A stretch of 64,000 nucleotides of DNA from Convolutriloba macropyga (Eukaryota). The notes under the pieces are model-generated. The model was not told the origin of the DNA, did no database searches, and saw only the letters and a program-made list of their open reading frames with translations. Positions 36,914-49,405 of the stretch are shown piece by piece (position 1 is the stretch's first letter; every line of letters starts with the position of its first letter). The stretch is taken from NCBI RefSeq assembly GCF_964194025.1, contig NC_134480.1, forward strand, positions 39,494,001 through 39,558,000. The letters run 5' to 3'. Made by a program: the position numbers and the translations under genes.

Positions 36914-37373
36914 GTAAGTACTTATTTAGTGTTCTCAACATTCAGGCATAAGATCGTCGCATATCAAAAATGAGATGTAGTTAAATTTGACAGAGGATAA
37001 AATGAGATTTAAATGTACAGATCTCGAGGTCTTGAAAATGTTGTTCACTTAGCCTTTATGTACTAACAACTACCTTTTTGCTAATAACGGCATGTATGGC
37101 TTGATAATGCATTAAAAGAACAGTCTGAAATGTGGGGAGTAATAAGAAAAAGGGAAGCTGAGAAGAGGCCGCTGTGGTCTAATGCTGTTCGGTTGTGATT
37201 AGGCAGGAACCCAAATTATTAATATTATAATAGGTGGTAATGACCATTATATTTCATTACAATTATAGAGTGCGCAAATTTATCAATTATGATATTTCAA
37301 TTTTTTGTTGATTTTCAAGATAAGCGTACAGAAATGGAGGTCATTTAATTCTATAGAATATTTTTTTGCTCAG

Positions 37374-37512
37374 TGGCCCAGGATCTGTCTGTGGTTGCTA
37401 ATAGAATTGGCAATTATTGGATCGGACATTCAGGAAGTGATCGGATCGGCCACGGCTATCAACTTGTTGTCAAACAAAGCAATTCCAATCTGGTTCGGTG
37501 TCCTAATTACAG
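37374..37512 (+). CDS. SLC11A2: NRAMP exon 2
   Basis: Acceptor gctcag; [26 protein letters not shown]; phase-1 donor AG|GTTAGA. Confidence 0.92.
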
Positions 37513-40030
37513 GTTAGACTTTTTTCTATCAAGATAAAGGCGGTTAGTTTTTAACTTCGCTTTTTTATTCGATTTTTCGTCTGATCTACAAATTTTCGTA
37601 ACTTTTTGTCTTGAAACAGGCGAAAGTGATCCCCAACCACCACCCGTCTCCACTTCTGTTGTGCAGGCGTAAATGCGCACTATGAATAGTTAGGCGGTTG
37701 GGATCCGCTCTGCAATTATGCCCCCGCACTCCTCTTCCTATCTGCTCCCACCTCAACCTGTAATAATAATAATAAATTGCTCGTAGTGCCGTTACCATAA
37801 AATAGAAGCAAAAAAATACATACATTGTACAAAAACAATCGATTACAATTTGCGACACTATAAGATCGCCATTAAACCTATCCGGTTTGTTTGCAGGCGC
37901 CTCACGGAAGTTGTGCAATTTTAGTTGAAATAATGAAAAATAATGGTTTAAAAATAAAAAGTTATCCTTTCTAGTAGAGGTTAACTATTGAAGAAACGGT
38001 GTTTATAGCAATCAGAAATTTTTGCTCTATCAACATGAAAGAGTCTGTCTAGCGATTCTTGGTTCCAATTATATCAAGATCCAAAAAAGTATGGCAAAAT
38101 CCATTTTTGTTTGCCTCTTTTATTATTCTAACATCTTCAACAAAAGAATTGTTATAATTCAATGCCATTTTTAGCATCACAAGAACTCTAAATTTGAATG
38201 AATTATTGTCGAATCCTTGTCTGCCAATTTGTACATACTGTCCACGATTTCTGTTTTTCATGATCTCATTAAGGTCCCAGTCCGTTTAAAGTAAATTTTT
38301 AAAGTAAAGGTTGGATTTTTTATGAAAATGCGATGTGTAAGTCAGCGTTCGATTGGCAGTTCGTGCATTGAACAACTCTTTTGAACGTGACTTCTTTTTT
38401 GTTTTATCAAATTGTACACATACTAATCCTTTTTTGCATTGTTGTATTTTTTTTTATTTGTTTTTGTTTTACTCAGAAAAGTTCCTATGCACAGTCAGTG
38501 GTTTAATTTCTTGATATTAATAACTGATTTTTTGACGTCTAATCTATGAAATTCAAGGGAATTTTGTTTCTCAATTACAATTTTGATATATTTTTATAAT
38601 TTTATTGTTTTGACAATTTTCTTTGCAAAATATCCTAGTTTAACCAATCTTTGTAGCCTTATCTCAATTTTTTGTTCTAACGGCAGCGTGGCTGTGTAAT
38701 GTTTTTGAACCATGATTGCTAAATAATTACATGTACTTAATTTTGGATCGATATTTTTTGGAGTTTATTTGAAACAGAAAGCAAAATTCAATGCCGCATG
38801 TGAAAACCTGTATTTAGGCCAAATGGCTGAACTAACCCAAAATCAGAGAATAGAGTAATTTTTTAATCCTATCGTGGAAAACCATTTATTTATTAGAGGC
38901 GCGAAAAGTAGTTGTGAGAAAAATTTTGATAATTGTACGAAATTTTTTAATCAGGTGCGGCTTTTTCAAAACAGTTGTCGAAAAAGTGTTTCTCACAATA
39001 ATTTACTTTAGTAGTAGTTTGTTTGGAAGCATTCTGGACCATATGAGGCAAATATTACACATATATTTTCAATTTTCGTCTATTTTAACGTTTTGCCTAT
39101 TTTAAGCTTATGTAGTATTTTTTGTATTCTTCTTGAATTTTTGAATAACCTGTGCGGAGTTCTATGTTTGCAACTAGTTGTTCTGGCAGTTTCGCTGGTC
39201 GTTCGTTATGATTAATGGTTTTTATAATTTTGAGGAAAATTGGTTAAATTCGAACAATTTTTTGCCGATGTTTTGGCGGTTTTTATGGTTTTTGGCTTTC
39301 ATCTGACCTTACGCTTCCTGCTCTACGTTTTCGGAGCCAATTACAAATTGAGAGTTACTTTCTATGTGTGTGTACTATTAACTGACACTTCGAGTCTAGT
39401 CATAGCAATCTTCTCAAGCATAAGTTTCTTAACTTTATTTTCAGTTTTTTTCTTAGCAGTTACCGACAGTCCATTGATTTTTTTCTCCCTCGTTTTGGAT
39501 GAGTGAGTGATGTGGCAGTGAAAATTGTTTGCCGATTAATGGTAAGGACGAATTGTGAAAGCTAAACAGGGCATATATCACTATATTAAATTAAACAAAT
39601 TTTCTATTTTGTTTTTTTTTGCTGTTCTTATATTTTAATTGTTGTCTGTTTTTCTCAGTCAAATTTTGGTTGGGTGACTGATATACGAGAGAATGTGTTT
39701 AAAATTTTCTCTTATTAATGGTTGGGTAGTTGAATTTAGCTTTTCGCAAAGAGTTTTTCGAAGATTTTACTTTGAGGTTTCGTCCGTCATCTTTCCCTTT
39801 GATGTTTTTTTAATAAACCCATTTTTATCGGGTTGTCTGTCAGTTGTTAATATTTTGCTACCAACTATCTGTATAACAGGTTCCTTTACCAGTAGTTTTT
39901 CCTGAGTTTCCACTAAACTTAAATTTAAGCAGTTTGTATCAGTTTATGTCAGATATGTTTTTTTTTCATATTTTTCCTGTTTCAAATTTGTTGAATTTGC
40001 AAATTTCAGTGAGGATAGCCACGTTTCTAC

Positions 40031-40527
40031 TTCGAGTCGTCTCCGGAATTCTTCCGGATATGTTTCTAACTTCGTCGAATAAAGAGTTCAGCTTGTTGAA
40101 TTTTTTGTGTGAAATATTTTTGACTTCTCTAAGCTAGTTTCCTTCTTCTCTCATTCTGATAAAAGTGTTTTTAGACAGCAGTTGCTCAGCAAAGCAATTC
40201 AAAATGAACAGAGTATCAAAAAACGAAATTGGAAATAGAAACGGGATAAACCCATAGAGCCCATTTTTGGATGCTCGTTACTCGAACTTCGATCTTATAA
40301 GTCTTAGTTACCATCTCTAATGCTTATTGGTATTGATACTAGCTTCTGTATCGTCTCACTATGAAACAGGAGACTATTCAACTACCAAATGACATCAAAA
40401 TGGTTCGCACTTTAAAGTTGTTTTTCCAGAAAAGTCATTTTCTTTTTTTTCTGTTCTTTCAATCCCAATTGTGTTTATCGGAATCAACGGGGGCTATTTT
40501 CCGGCAATCTGCCAGGTATTTTTCTGT
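40031..40527 (+). mobile_element. Family C 3' end followed by family B body and 3' end
   Basis: ttcgagtcgtctccggaattcttccggatatgttt, then sequence matching 47180-47660, ending ggctattttccggcaatctgccaggtatttt. Confidence 0.7.
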
Positions 40528-40699
40528 TTTTGATGATAAAGTTTAATAATTTTTGAAAACTGAAGATATGCTCTCTGGGGCTAATTACGATATTCTCTGT
40601 TACGGTAATAATACGCATGTTCATAGTTTTAGAGGCAAAAAGTTTAAGAGGTAAAGTTTTTCAAAAAGTTGAAATTTAACTTCAAATTTGTTTACGTTA

Positions 40700-41058
40700 T
40701 TAACTGCTCTTGAACGAAGTTTATAGCAATTATTGTAAACGTGTTGGTCTTTTATATGCAAATTTTTCGCTTGACCATTTTGTGCTTTTCTTCTAGAACA
40801 TTCGTTGCCTTCTCAAGTGACTTTTTCACGCTTTCGTTCTTCATTTTTGAGTGATCTATTGCTCTCACTCTGAAGTACATCTTGTTGCTTATATAAAGTC
40901 GGTTGCAGTATAGCAAAAACAAGGGCCAAATAGCACAGTCGATTGTTATATAGTTATGAAGCGGGAAATCAATGGTTCGAATCCCAGTGGGGGCAAATGT
41001 TTTTCCACCCGCCTGTCATTCTAGAGCAATTCTTACGACATTAGTCGGCTTATATTTT
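40700..41058 (+). mobile_element. HINE-like family A element, tRNA-cassette subtype
   Basis: Colinear with 14838-15195. A box tagcacagtcg at 40931; consensus B box ggttcgaatccc at 40974. Confidence 0.75.
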
Positions 41059-44000
41059 ATTAAGTGAATATTGAAGTTTGCTGGTTAATTTCAATTCTAT
41101 TTCAAATTTGTTTGGCGTTGACTGGCGCGTGCTGATCAGCAGTAATTCCTACATTTTTTTCTGAAACGATAAAATATGGTTTTTGCACACTACTACCGGA
41201 CAGAAACAAAACTGACTGTTTTCTACCCACTTATCAAAAATGAAGCTGTCTATGCCTTTCTGACGAAATAAGACTGCTGTAACGCTTTTGTTGCTTAGAA
41301 AACAAAAATACCGGAGAGGAAATTAATTATTTCTTTGAATCCAATTCTGAGGAGAACATGCTTAACAGAGCTATGCGGCGTAAATCTGATTTAAGTGTTC
41401 GCTAGAAGCTTCCGAAAACTTACTGTATAAATTAGATAATAAAATATTTGAACTTCTATATATAAAATTTGTACCAGCGTGTTGCAGAAATTTATGTGTC
41501 GATTTCCACTGTTTCCACTGTATGTGTCACAATATTTATGTGTCGATTCCCGCTGTTACTTTGAGGGTATTCTGAAAGTTGCGCAATGGTTTAATGTGTC
41601 GTTGGGACAAAACACATTACACGCACGGCACGCACGCACTAACACAGGTAACCTCACACAAGTGCATCCAAAAATCTTTTTTTAATTTGTTGAAACTAAC
41701 CTTATCCGTGGTTGGCTTCGTTCCTAAGTGTCGTTTTGTCTGGAAAAATTGGTAAGTACTTTTTGAGGCAATTGCATTGGCAACTCTAAGCTTGAAAGGA
41801 AAATTTAAAATGAAATCTTTCAGAGTTTTCAAATTTTCTGATTTTCAATGTTTCATGAGCATAATGTGCCATTTGGTTTTTTTCTCAAAATCTTGCAGAT
41901 GTTTTACCGACTATATTTATTGAACACAATTTTAGTTTTTAACAAATTTATAATCGCAATTTTCATCAGTAATTTCAATTTTTTTAGGATTTTGACATTT
42001 TTTGCACTCAGCCTCTATTTCTGTCCAGCATTCAAGGAATTAAGTCTCCAACTAGTTCTCTCTTTTCTTCTCTCCCTCTCCTACACACTTACCACACAAA
42101 TTGTTTTCACACACTCATACATACATAGCTGTTTGCTGTTATGGCTGACAAAAATGCTGTATTTTCGTTGTGGCAACTGATATTAGACTGTTTCGCTTAG
42201 TTCATGTATGTTTTGTTTTGTTTGTCTGAAAAACTAGGTGTTGACTTTGACGCAACTGTATCGGTAGTTGTAAAACTGACACTAAAATTTGAACTAAAAT
42301 TGTTTCCAAAATTTGTTATTTGTGATGTTTATGAGCATAATGGTCCATTTTTTTATACGAAATCTCAAGAGGTTTCACCAGCTAGATTTAAAAGGTACAA
42401 TTTTTGTTTTGAATATATTTAAGACCGGTTTTTGTGGCAATTATGACGTAATTTTTCTAAATTTTCAAGATCTCTGACAGTTATAGCACTGCCGTGCTTA
42501 AAAGCATTTATTTAGCAGTAATTGAGATCAATGGTTATAAGTGTTTTTACGATTTGGCCTTATCACTCTAGAGAATTCTTTGAATTTTTTTAACTGAAGG
42601 AAAGTTCTTTTCTACACCCTTCATTTTTTATGAGGACTTCCACTATCAGTAAACTATCAAAATCTCTAATTTATAGAAGTTCTAACAGTCTGGAAAATAT
42701 GATTTTGATGAGCTTTTTCAAAATACAGAAACGATGTAAGGAAAACTTTTTCTAACTTTCCAAATAAAACTATGAACATCTAATAGGTTTTCCAACCTGA
42801 GGATCCATAAACTTTCTCACTCAAATTTTTCTGTAATTGATTTTACTAGAGAAGGTTAGTTCAAATGATCGTCTCCTACAACAATGAATGATAATTAAAA
42901 AAAATGATCAAATGAAATTCATCTTCTTTTTCAATAATAAATTCGGTTGATTTGATGTTCATTCGATGAAATCGGTATTTTCTACGTCTCCTTGGTTTTG
43001 AAAATACAGAAATGGTTGGTTTTAATGAAATTAGAAGAATTGTTCGTATAGACTCCAGATTTTAGAAAAGAATACAATTTTTTTGCTTTTAGTTAAGCTT
43101 TTTAAGTTGATTTTTTTGGCTATTTTGAGAGCTCTAAATTGCCTGAAATCGTCTGTTTTCCAAAAAAGCAGTTCGATTTTTTTTTGGTTAGTACAGTAGT
43201 TTTCAATAAGCAGAAAAGAAGAGAGTAAATTTTTAAAGCAAATTTTGAGAAAAACAAAATCGACTTTCAGTTTTTTTGGTCGAATAGCTATATTCGTTAT
43301 TTTTAGGCTTGCAGCTGTAAAAAGTTACTCGTGATAATCAGAACTCCCTTTAAAGTAACTAATTTTACTACAAATTTTGCCATATATTCCTTAAATTTCA
43401 ACGCGATTTGTCACCCCTACCCGCGAGCGGTTTTTTTCGATTTCTCCTTCGAAATTAAAATGTTCCCCCTTTTTTCAAATTTTTGAAAAATTTTGATATA
43501 AATCAAAACTAGATCCCGAGAAAACGGTGTTTGTCTTTTTTCTTTACGATGCGTAAAGAAAAGATGAATATTAGACTGAAGAAGAAAAACAGCCTCGCAT
43601 ATATATTCCCCCATTTTTGGAACAATATTTGGAAAAAAATGTTGGAACAATAAAACGATGACTTTTTTTACCATGTTGTCACTATTTCGTCCCTATTTTG
43701 TGAGAAATATCTTTGCCCGAATGTTACCGAGGGGCAACAATATTTATTTTGTTTCAAATACTTCAAAATCTGTCCATCGTGACTGAGAGGAAAATGAGCA
43801 GACTCGGGAAAAATATTTGACAGACAGCCATCATATCGCCAATAAGAAAGGGCTTCGCACAATTCAATATAGCCAATTAAAATATCTCTATTAATTGTAA
43901 TCTAATTCATAAAAGTAAATTTATACACAAATCTTTAATTTACCTGAGTATGTTGGGTTAGTAAAAAATATGCACCTTGGCATTGCCTCAACTGAATTTT

Positions 44001-44082
44001 ATGTAAGTTTACTTGAAATTTTTTTGAGTGCAGTGTCTGATGCATCAATTAAATTGTTCACATAATTCATGCCATTTCTCAG

Positions 44083-44279
44083 GCCTCGACACTTTCACTT
44101 TCCTATTTCTGGAGATGTACAATCTGAGGAATTTGGAGGCGTTTTTTGGCTTCCTAGTGACCACAATGGCAGTGTCTTTTTGGTACATGTACATCTACAT
44201 CTGGCCTGATCCGGTGGATGTCATCGAGGGCATGATCATTCCTGGATGTAGCAACTGCACTTCGGAAGCAGGATCTCAG
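44083..44279 (+). CDS. SLC11A2: NRAMP exon 3
   Basis: Acceptor tctcag; GLDTFTFLFLEMYNLRNLEAFFGFL; phase-0 donor CAG|GTTAAT. Confidence 0.92.
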
Positions 44280-44870
44280 GTTAATTGTTTCACTTCCCTA
44301 AAATAGAATTTTATTCTCCATTTGAGTAACTAATTTGGACTTAAAATTAAGCAATGAAAACTTGACAAATTTTAACAATTGAGCATGCTATACGCATTAG
44401 CATTAGTGTGTTATTAAATTTGATCAGCCAATTCAACTTTCATAAATTTCGGATCTACTGTCCCAACCTTGCTTGCAGATCTACTCTTTCGATGTATTGT
44501 CCTTCCATGGTACCCTTAGTCGTGAAAGCATCAACAATCCAAGCATTTGCGACCAATGTCAACTGAATTGCGACCAATGTCAACTGGATCAACTCTAAAC
44601 TAGCTATATTCAATTGAGACATGAAGATTTCTACACCTACTCCAGACTTCTAGGTTTTTGTAGGGAAAATTTGCTTGAGCCGATCTGATAATTACTTGAC
44701 AGAAATTTGAAAACTATCAACCAAAATTCTATATGGAGAAATCTGTTAGTTGTGGCCTTTGGATAAATAAATTAGACACAGTTGTCTCGTTTTTATGACC
44801 ATCTTCGAAACGCTTTTGATCGGACATTCTTAAGATTTGATTGCAGCTTATATTTTGTCCGTTTTTCCAG

Positions 44871-45207
44871 GCTCTGGGTATAGTGGGTGCCGTGATAATG
44901 CCACACAATCTCTACCTCCATTCCGCTCTTGTCCTCTCCAGAAATATCGACAGAACTAACAAAGCCAGTGTGAAAGAGGCCAACATGTATTACGCCATCG
45001 AGTCAGCACTTGCCCTCATTGTATCATTTTTCATCAACATGGCAGTTGTCGCCGTGTTTGCCTACCAGTTCTTCGGACAAACGGACGCGACGTTAAGTTC
45101 TGCCGGTGATATGATTCACGATGAGTTTGGACGAGCAATGGCTGTCATTTGGGGTATCGGAATTTTGGCGTCCGGACAGAGCTCAACCATGACCGGGACA
45201 TATGCAG
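44871..45207 (+). CDS. SLC11A2: NRAMP exon 4
   Basis: Acceptor ttccag; [13 protein letters not shown] (TM6) and [11 protein letters not shown]; phase-1 donor AG|GTACCT. Confidence 0.93.
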
Positions 45208-45307
45208 GTACCTGATTTTCATTGACTTCGTTTTAAATATACGCTCAGTTTTGAGACTGCTGCTAATTGGGGCTCTAGAATTGGTCTGGTAGTTTTAAAG
45301 AATTTTA

Positions 45308-47661
45308 TTAATAGCCGCCTCAGCTTTTCAGCCGGCTATTATAGCCCTCCTGTTTTTTTTACAATTCAAAGAATTTGAATTGCATTGGGGCGCTGTCTTT
45401 AAGATCTGTTCACACATTTTCATGATTTTTGAAGTCAAATTGGAGTAGAGATTTTGGTCACGCCGAAGCAGGAAGTGGAGCGAAAAAGCGAGTGGTTTTG
45501 CGGCGTGAAGTTTTTTAGTTTTTTTGCTCTTACTTTAAAGCAGAGTGAGAAAACGGTGTTTGAACAAAAATTCGCTTTCTCGCTAGTGGTTTTTTTATAG
45601 CTGAAAAGCTGTAAGCTGAGCGAAGCTATATTGCGGAGCTCTTGGTTTTATTTTGTTTCGTCGTCTGAAGCGATAGCGGCTATTATTGGGGACATAGTGG
45701 TTTCAATTTGTTGTCTCCATCGATGATTGTTACGACCTGACTTTTTGGAGTTGACTTTTTCAATGACTTCAGTGACCTCTACTGCTTTGCGGTTAAAATT
45801 TGTTTTCGTGACGTCATTTTGGCTTTTAGGGCAATTGCGTGACTTACCTCACTTTCAAATTTTATGAACATTTAGTAGTTAATAGTGTGCATCTAAGTAG
45901 TGCTAAACTTATATGCCCTCCTTGTTGATTATTAGGCTTGAGTTTTTGATATCGAATATCATTTTTGAAAATGCTTTTTTTGGGGCTTTTTCCTTGTAGA
46001 CCGTATGTGTCATAAAATTGACAGTCCGAATATAACCCAAAAAGTCTAGTGGTCTGTTAAAGGACTGGTGGTCGATCTGTCAATCTTAATGCTTTAGTTG
46101 TTTCAATTCATGGAAGGACACAAGCGTCTATCGCGGCTATTTTCCGGCAATCTGCCGGCTATGTTCGTTTTTACATTTGTTTCACACACAGCAAAGGTGA
46201 AAAAGTCAATTTCTGAAAGAGTTCTTCCTCTCACTAACGGCTTNNNNNNNNNNNNNNNNNNNNNNNNNNNNNNNNNNNNNNNNNNNNNNNNNNNNNNNNN
46301 NNNNNNNNNNNNNNNNNNNNNNNNNNNNNNNNNNNNNNNNNNNNNNNNNNNNNNNNNNNNNNNNNNNNNNNNNNNNNNNNNNNNNNNNNNNNNNNNNNNN
46401 NNNNNNNNNNNNNNNNNNNNNNNNNNNNNNNNNNNNNNNNNNNNNNNNNNNNNNNNNNNNNNNNNNNNNNNNNNNNNNNNNNNNNNNNNNNNNNNNNNNN
46501 NNNNNNNNNNNNNNNNNNNNNNNNNNNNNNNNNNNNNNNNNNNNNNNNNNNNNNNTCAATTTGCGTGATTAGGATGAAGTGCTAAAATGACTTTTGCAGT
46601 TTAAAACTTAAGTTTAATTTGAATTAATTTAAGGTTAAAAGAACTCATATGTGCAGTAAAGGTCCCTCATAAAAGGCTTCTGCGGAATGAATTTTAACAA
46701 GCTTTATGAATTTATCGCTGAATGTTTTTTACCTGGCTTTTTGAGCTGCGTCGAATTATTTTTCAATTGAGGTCTGTTTCTGTTTCTATCTCTATTATAC
46801 GGCACACAAGTCTATTCTTTGGCAACTATTCCTGACAGCTGCCGGCTATGTTTGCTCACATGCGGTAATTTCACTTTTTTTTCTTTCTTTCGATTTTTTG
46901 ACTCGGTTTTTTTTTCTGAACGATTTTCCCAAACCATTCCTAGTTCATTCTAGGCCTAGGTTTTTGTTTGAACCAAATTTTTGATCGTCGCTAGCGGTTG
47001 TTTCTTCACATGCGGCATTTTGATATTGATTTTCTGATTTTGTTTTTTAATTTTTTCGATCTGATTTTTTAGAAATGGCTTTTCCAAATAACTCATAGTC
47101 CGTTTTAGGTAGTTTTTTTGTGAAGTCAATGACAATTCTTTGAATTGTACGTCAGGACTTGTCTGGCAATGATTTTTGTACTTCGTCGAATGAAATTTTT
47201 TTATTTTACCTTAGTTCACTGCTTGTTCATTATTTTGCGTGAAATCTTTTTGACTTCTTTAGGCTAGTTCCACTCTCCTCTCATTGTGCTCAAAGTGCCT
47301 TTAGACAGCAGTTGCGCAGCAAAGCAATTCAACATGAACAGAGTCAGTATCAAAAAACGAAATCTGAAATAGAAACGGGGTAAACCCATAGAGCCTAGTT
47401 TTAGATGCCCGTTACTCGAACTTGGTTCTTATAAGTCTTAATTACCATCTCTAATTCTTTTTGGTATTGATACTAGCTCCTGTATCGTCTCACTATGAAA
47501 TAGGAGTATGTTCAACTACAGAATGACATCAAATTAGTTCGCTCTGTAAAAATGTTTTTCTACCAAAATCTTTTTTATTATTATTTTTCTCTTCTTTTAA
47601 TCCCAATCGTGGTTACGGCAATCAACGGCGGCTATTTTCCGGCAATCTGCCGGGTATGTTT
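45308..47661 (+). mobile_element. Nested HINE-like cluster (B containing D containing B-type) in NRAMP intron 4
   Basis: B ends: aatagccgc (45310) and gcggctatt-ttccggcaatctgccgg-gtatgttt (47628). D ends at 45358 and ~47175. Inner insertion at 45597-46853. Confidence 0.75.
46244..46555. other. Assembly gap
   Basis: Run of N. Confidence 0.99.
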
Positions 47662-47806
47662 GAAATTTATCCCGGTATTGTGTGATAGGTTAGTGAGAGC
47701 GAGAGTTAAATTTAGATCTTTTTGAAAAAGACGTCACTTTCTCAACATTTAAACAAGTGTCCGAGATCACATATAGTATGCAGTCAAGATTAACTCTTCG
47801 TTTCAG

Positions 47807-48282
47807 GTCAATTTGTCATGGAGGGCTTCTTAAGCATCCGATGGCCTAGATGGAAGCGAGTCCTACTAACCAGAACAATAGCTATGGTTCCCACCCTCAT
47901 GCTGGCGCTATTCGCATTGGCAGACTTGGAATCGGTGTCTTCCTGGCTGAACGTACTTCAAAGTGTCCTTCTCCCGTTCGCCATTCTACCTGTGATTGTG
48001 TTCACTAGCAAACGCAGTATCATGGATACATTCGTATCAGCTGTTCCAATCAGGCTCATATTCGCAGTTTTAAGTGTTGGCTTAGTAGTCATTAACTTTG
48101 CCCTCATTTACATATCAATTGCAGATTATGACTTTCCAGTTGTTGTGCTTGTATTTATAAGTATTGTGGGTGTGTTTTATCTCCTCTTTATATGCTATAT
48201 ATCTTTCGGGTATATATGGATTGCGAGACGCCAGGCTGCTGCTCTGGCTCGTCAGCCAGTAAACGCTGGCGATGATGATTGA
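47807..48282 (+). CDS. SLC11A2: NRAMP exon 5 (spliced protein ~538 aa from 36446)
   Basis: Acceptor tttcag restores the consensus transport motif YAG|QFVMEGFL; RVLLTRTIA and LNVLQS. Confidence 0.93.
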
Positions 48283-48919
48283 TGAATTTTATTGATAATA
48301 TCAAGAATTGAATTGATAGCTTTTAAGCATTAGAATTTGAAATCTTTAATTATGCTATGTATATACGTAATGAGACCACGAAAGCATTTTATCTTATCAA
48401 TTTAAAATTTTGCAGTTGGTTTTACTCTATTTTTGTAAATATGTAATTTTATGCAAGCGCGAGCGCCTGGTACAATTCAACAGCTCATATTGTTAGGGTG
48501 AATGTTAAATAAACTTCATAGCTAATTTTTAGAACATACTTATTTTTCTAAAAACGAACTTATAAATGAATACTTTGATGCATTGAAAGATACTTTCAAA
48601 ACGCAGAGTTTTGTTCGTCGATATTGTGTATCGAAGATTTTGAGGGAATGATTATTTAACTACCAAATAGATAAATGAACAGACTCATTTTCTTCTCTAA
48701 ATGAGAACCCAAAAGACTCTTGATCATGCCAAAACAAGCTCCTTTAGATTCAAACCAAACAAAAGAGATTGCTAATTTTCTCGAACTCAAAAATACCGTT
48801 ACTTCCCTCCGTCCAAACGTTTCGTCCCTGAAAACCTCGGAGTTAAGGCTGAGTCCACAGAGAAACTCAGAATACAAATAGAGCAAAGCTACAAATAAAG
48901 CAATGCAATTTTTTTCTTT

Positions 48920-49405
48920 ATTAATAGCCGCACAGCGATAGCTGGGGCTATTATTGGCCTTCTTTCGGTTTTTTTTATTTCGTCGTCAAGATTTTTGTTA
49001 CGACCATATGACGTCATAGCATTTTTGTTCATTCGTTCAAGCAATTTCGACTGAATTACATGCGTGACGTCATTTTTCGCTCTTAGTGGAGCGAGTTTTT
49101 TTGTTCATTCGCGTGATTAAATTTTTGGTCACACTTTACTTACCTCGCTCTCAAAAATGACTTCCTCACTTTGAAATTGACTTTTATTTACTTTAATTCA
49201 GAGATAAGGTCAAGTGAGTGTGTGTCACTCTAAATGAAAGTAATTTGAGATCAGCTAATAGAGGCAGCAATAACTTATACAGATTTTTAATCAAAATATA
49301 ACAGATGAAAAGACGAATTGTTTTGTTCTGTCTTTTTTACTTTTGAGACTGCAGATCTACGAATCTATTGCGGCTATTTTCTGGCAATCTGCCATCTATG
49401 TTTTT
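48920..49405 (+). mobile_element. Stand-alone family B HINE-like element
   Basis: 5' ttaatagccgc with nearby ggctatt; 3' gcggctattttctggcaatctgccatctatgttttt. Confidence 0.75.

Noticed and set aside
46098-46568. ORFs spanning 46.1-46.6 kb
   Set aside because: Artefacts of the N gap.
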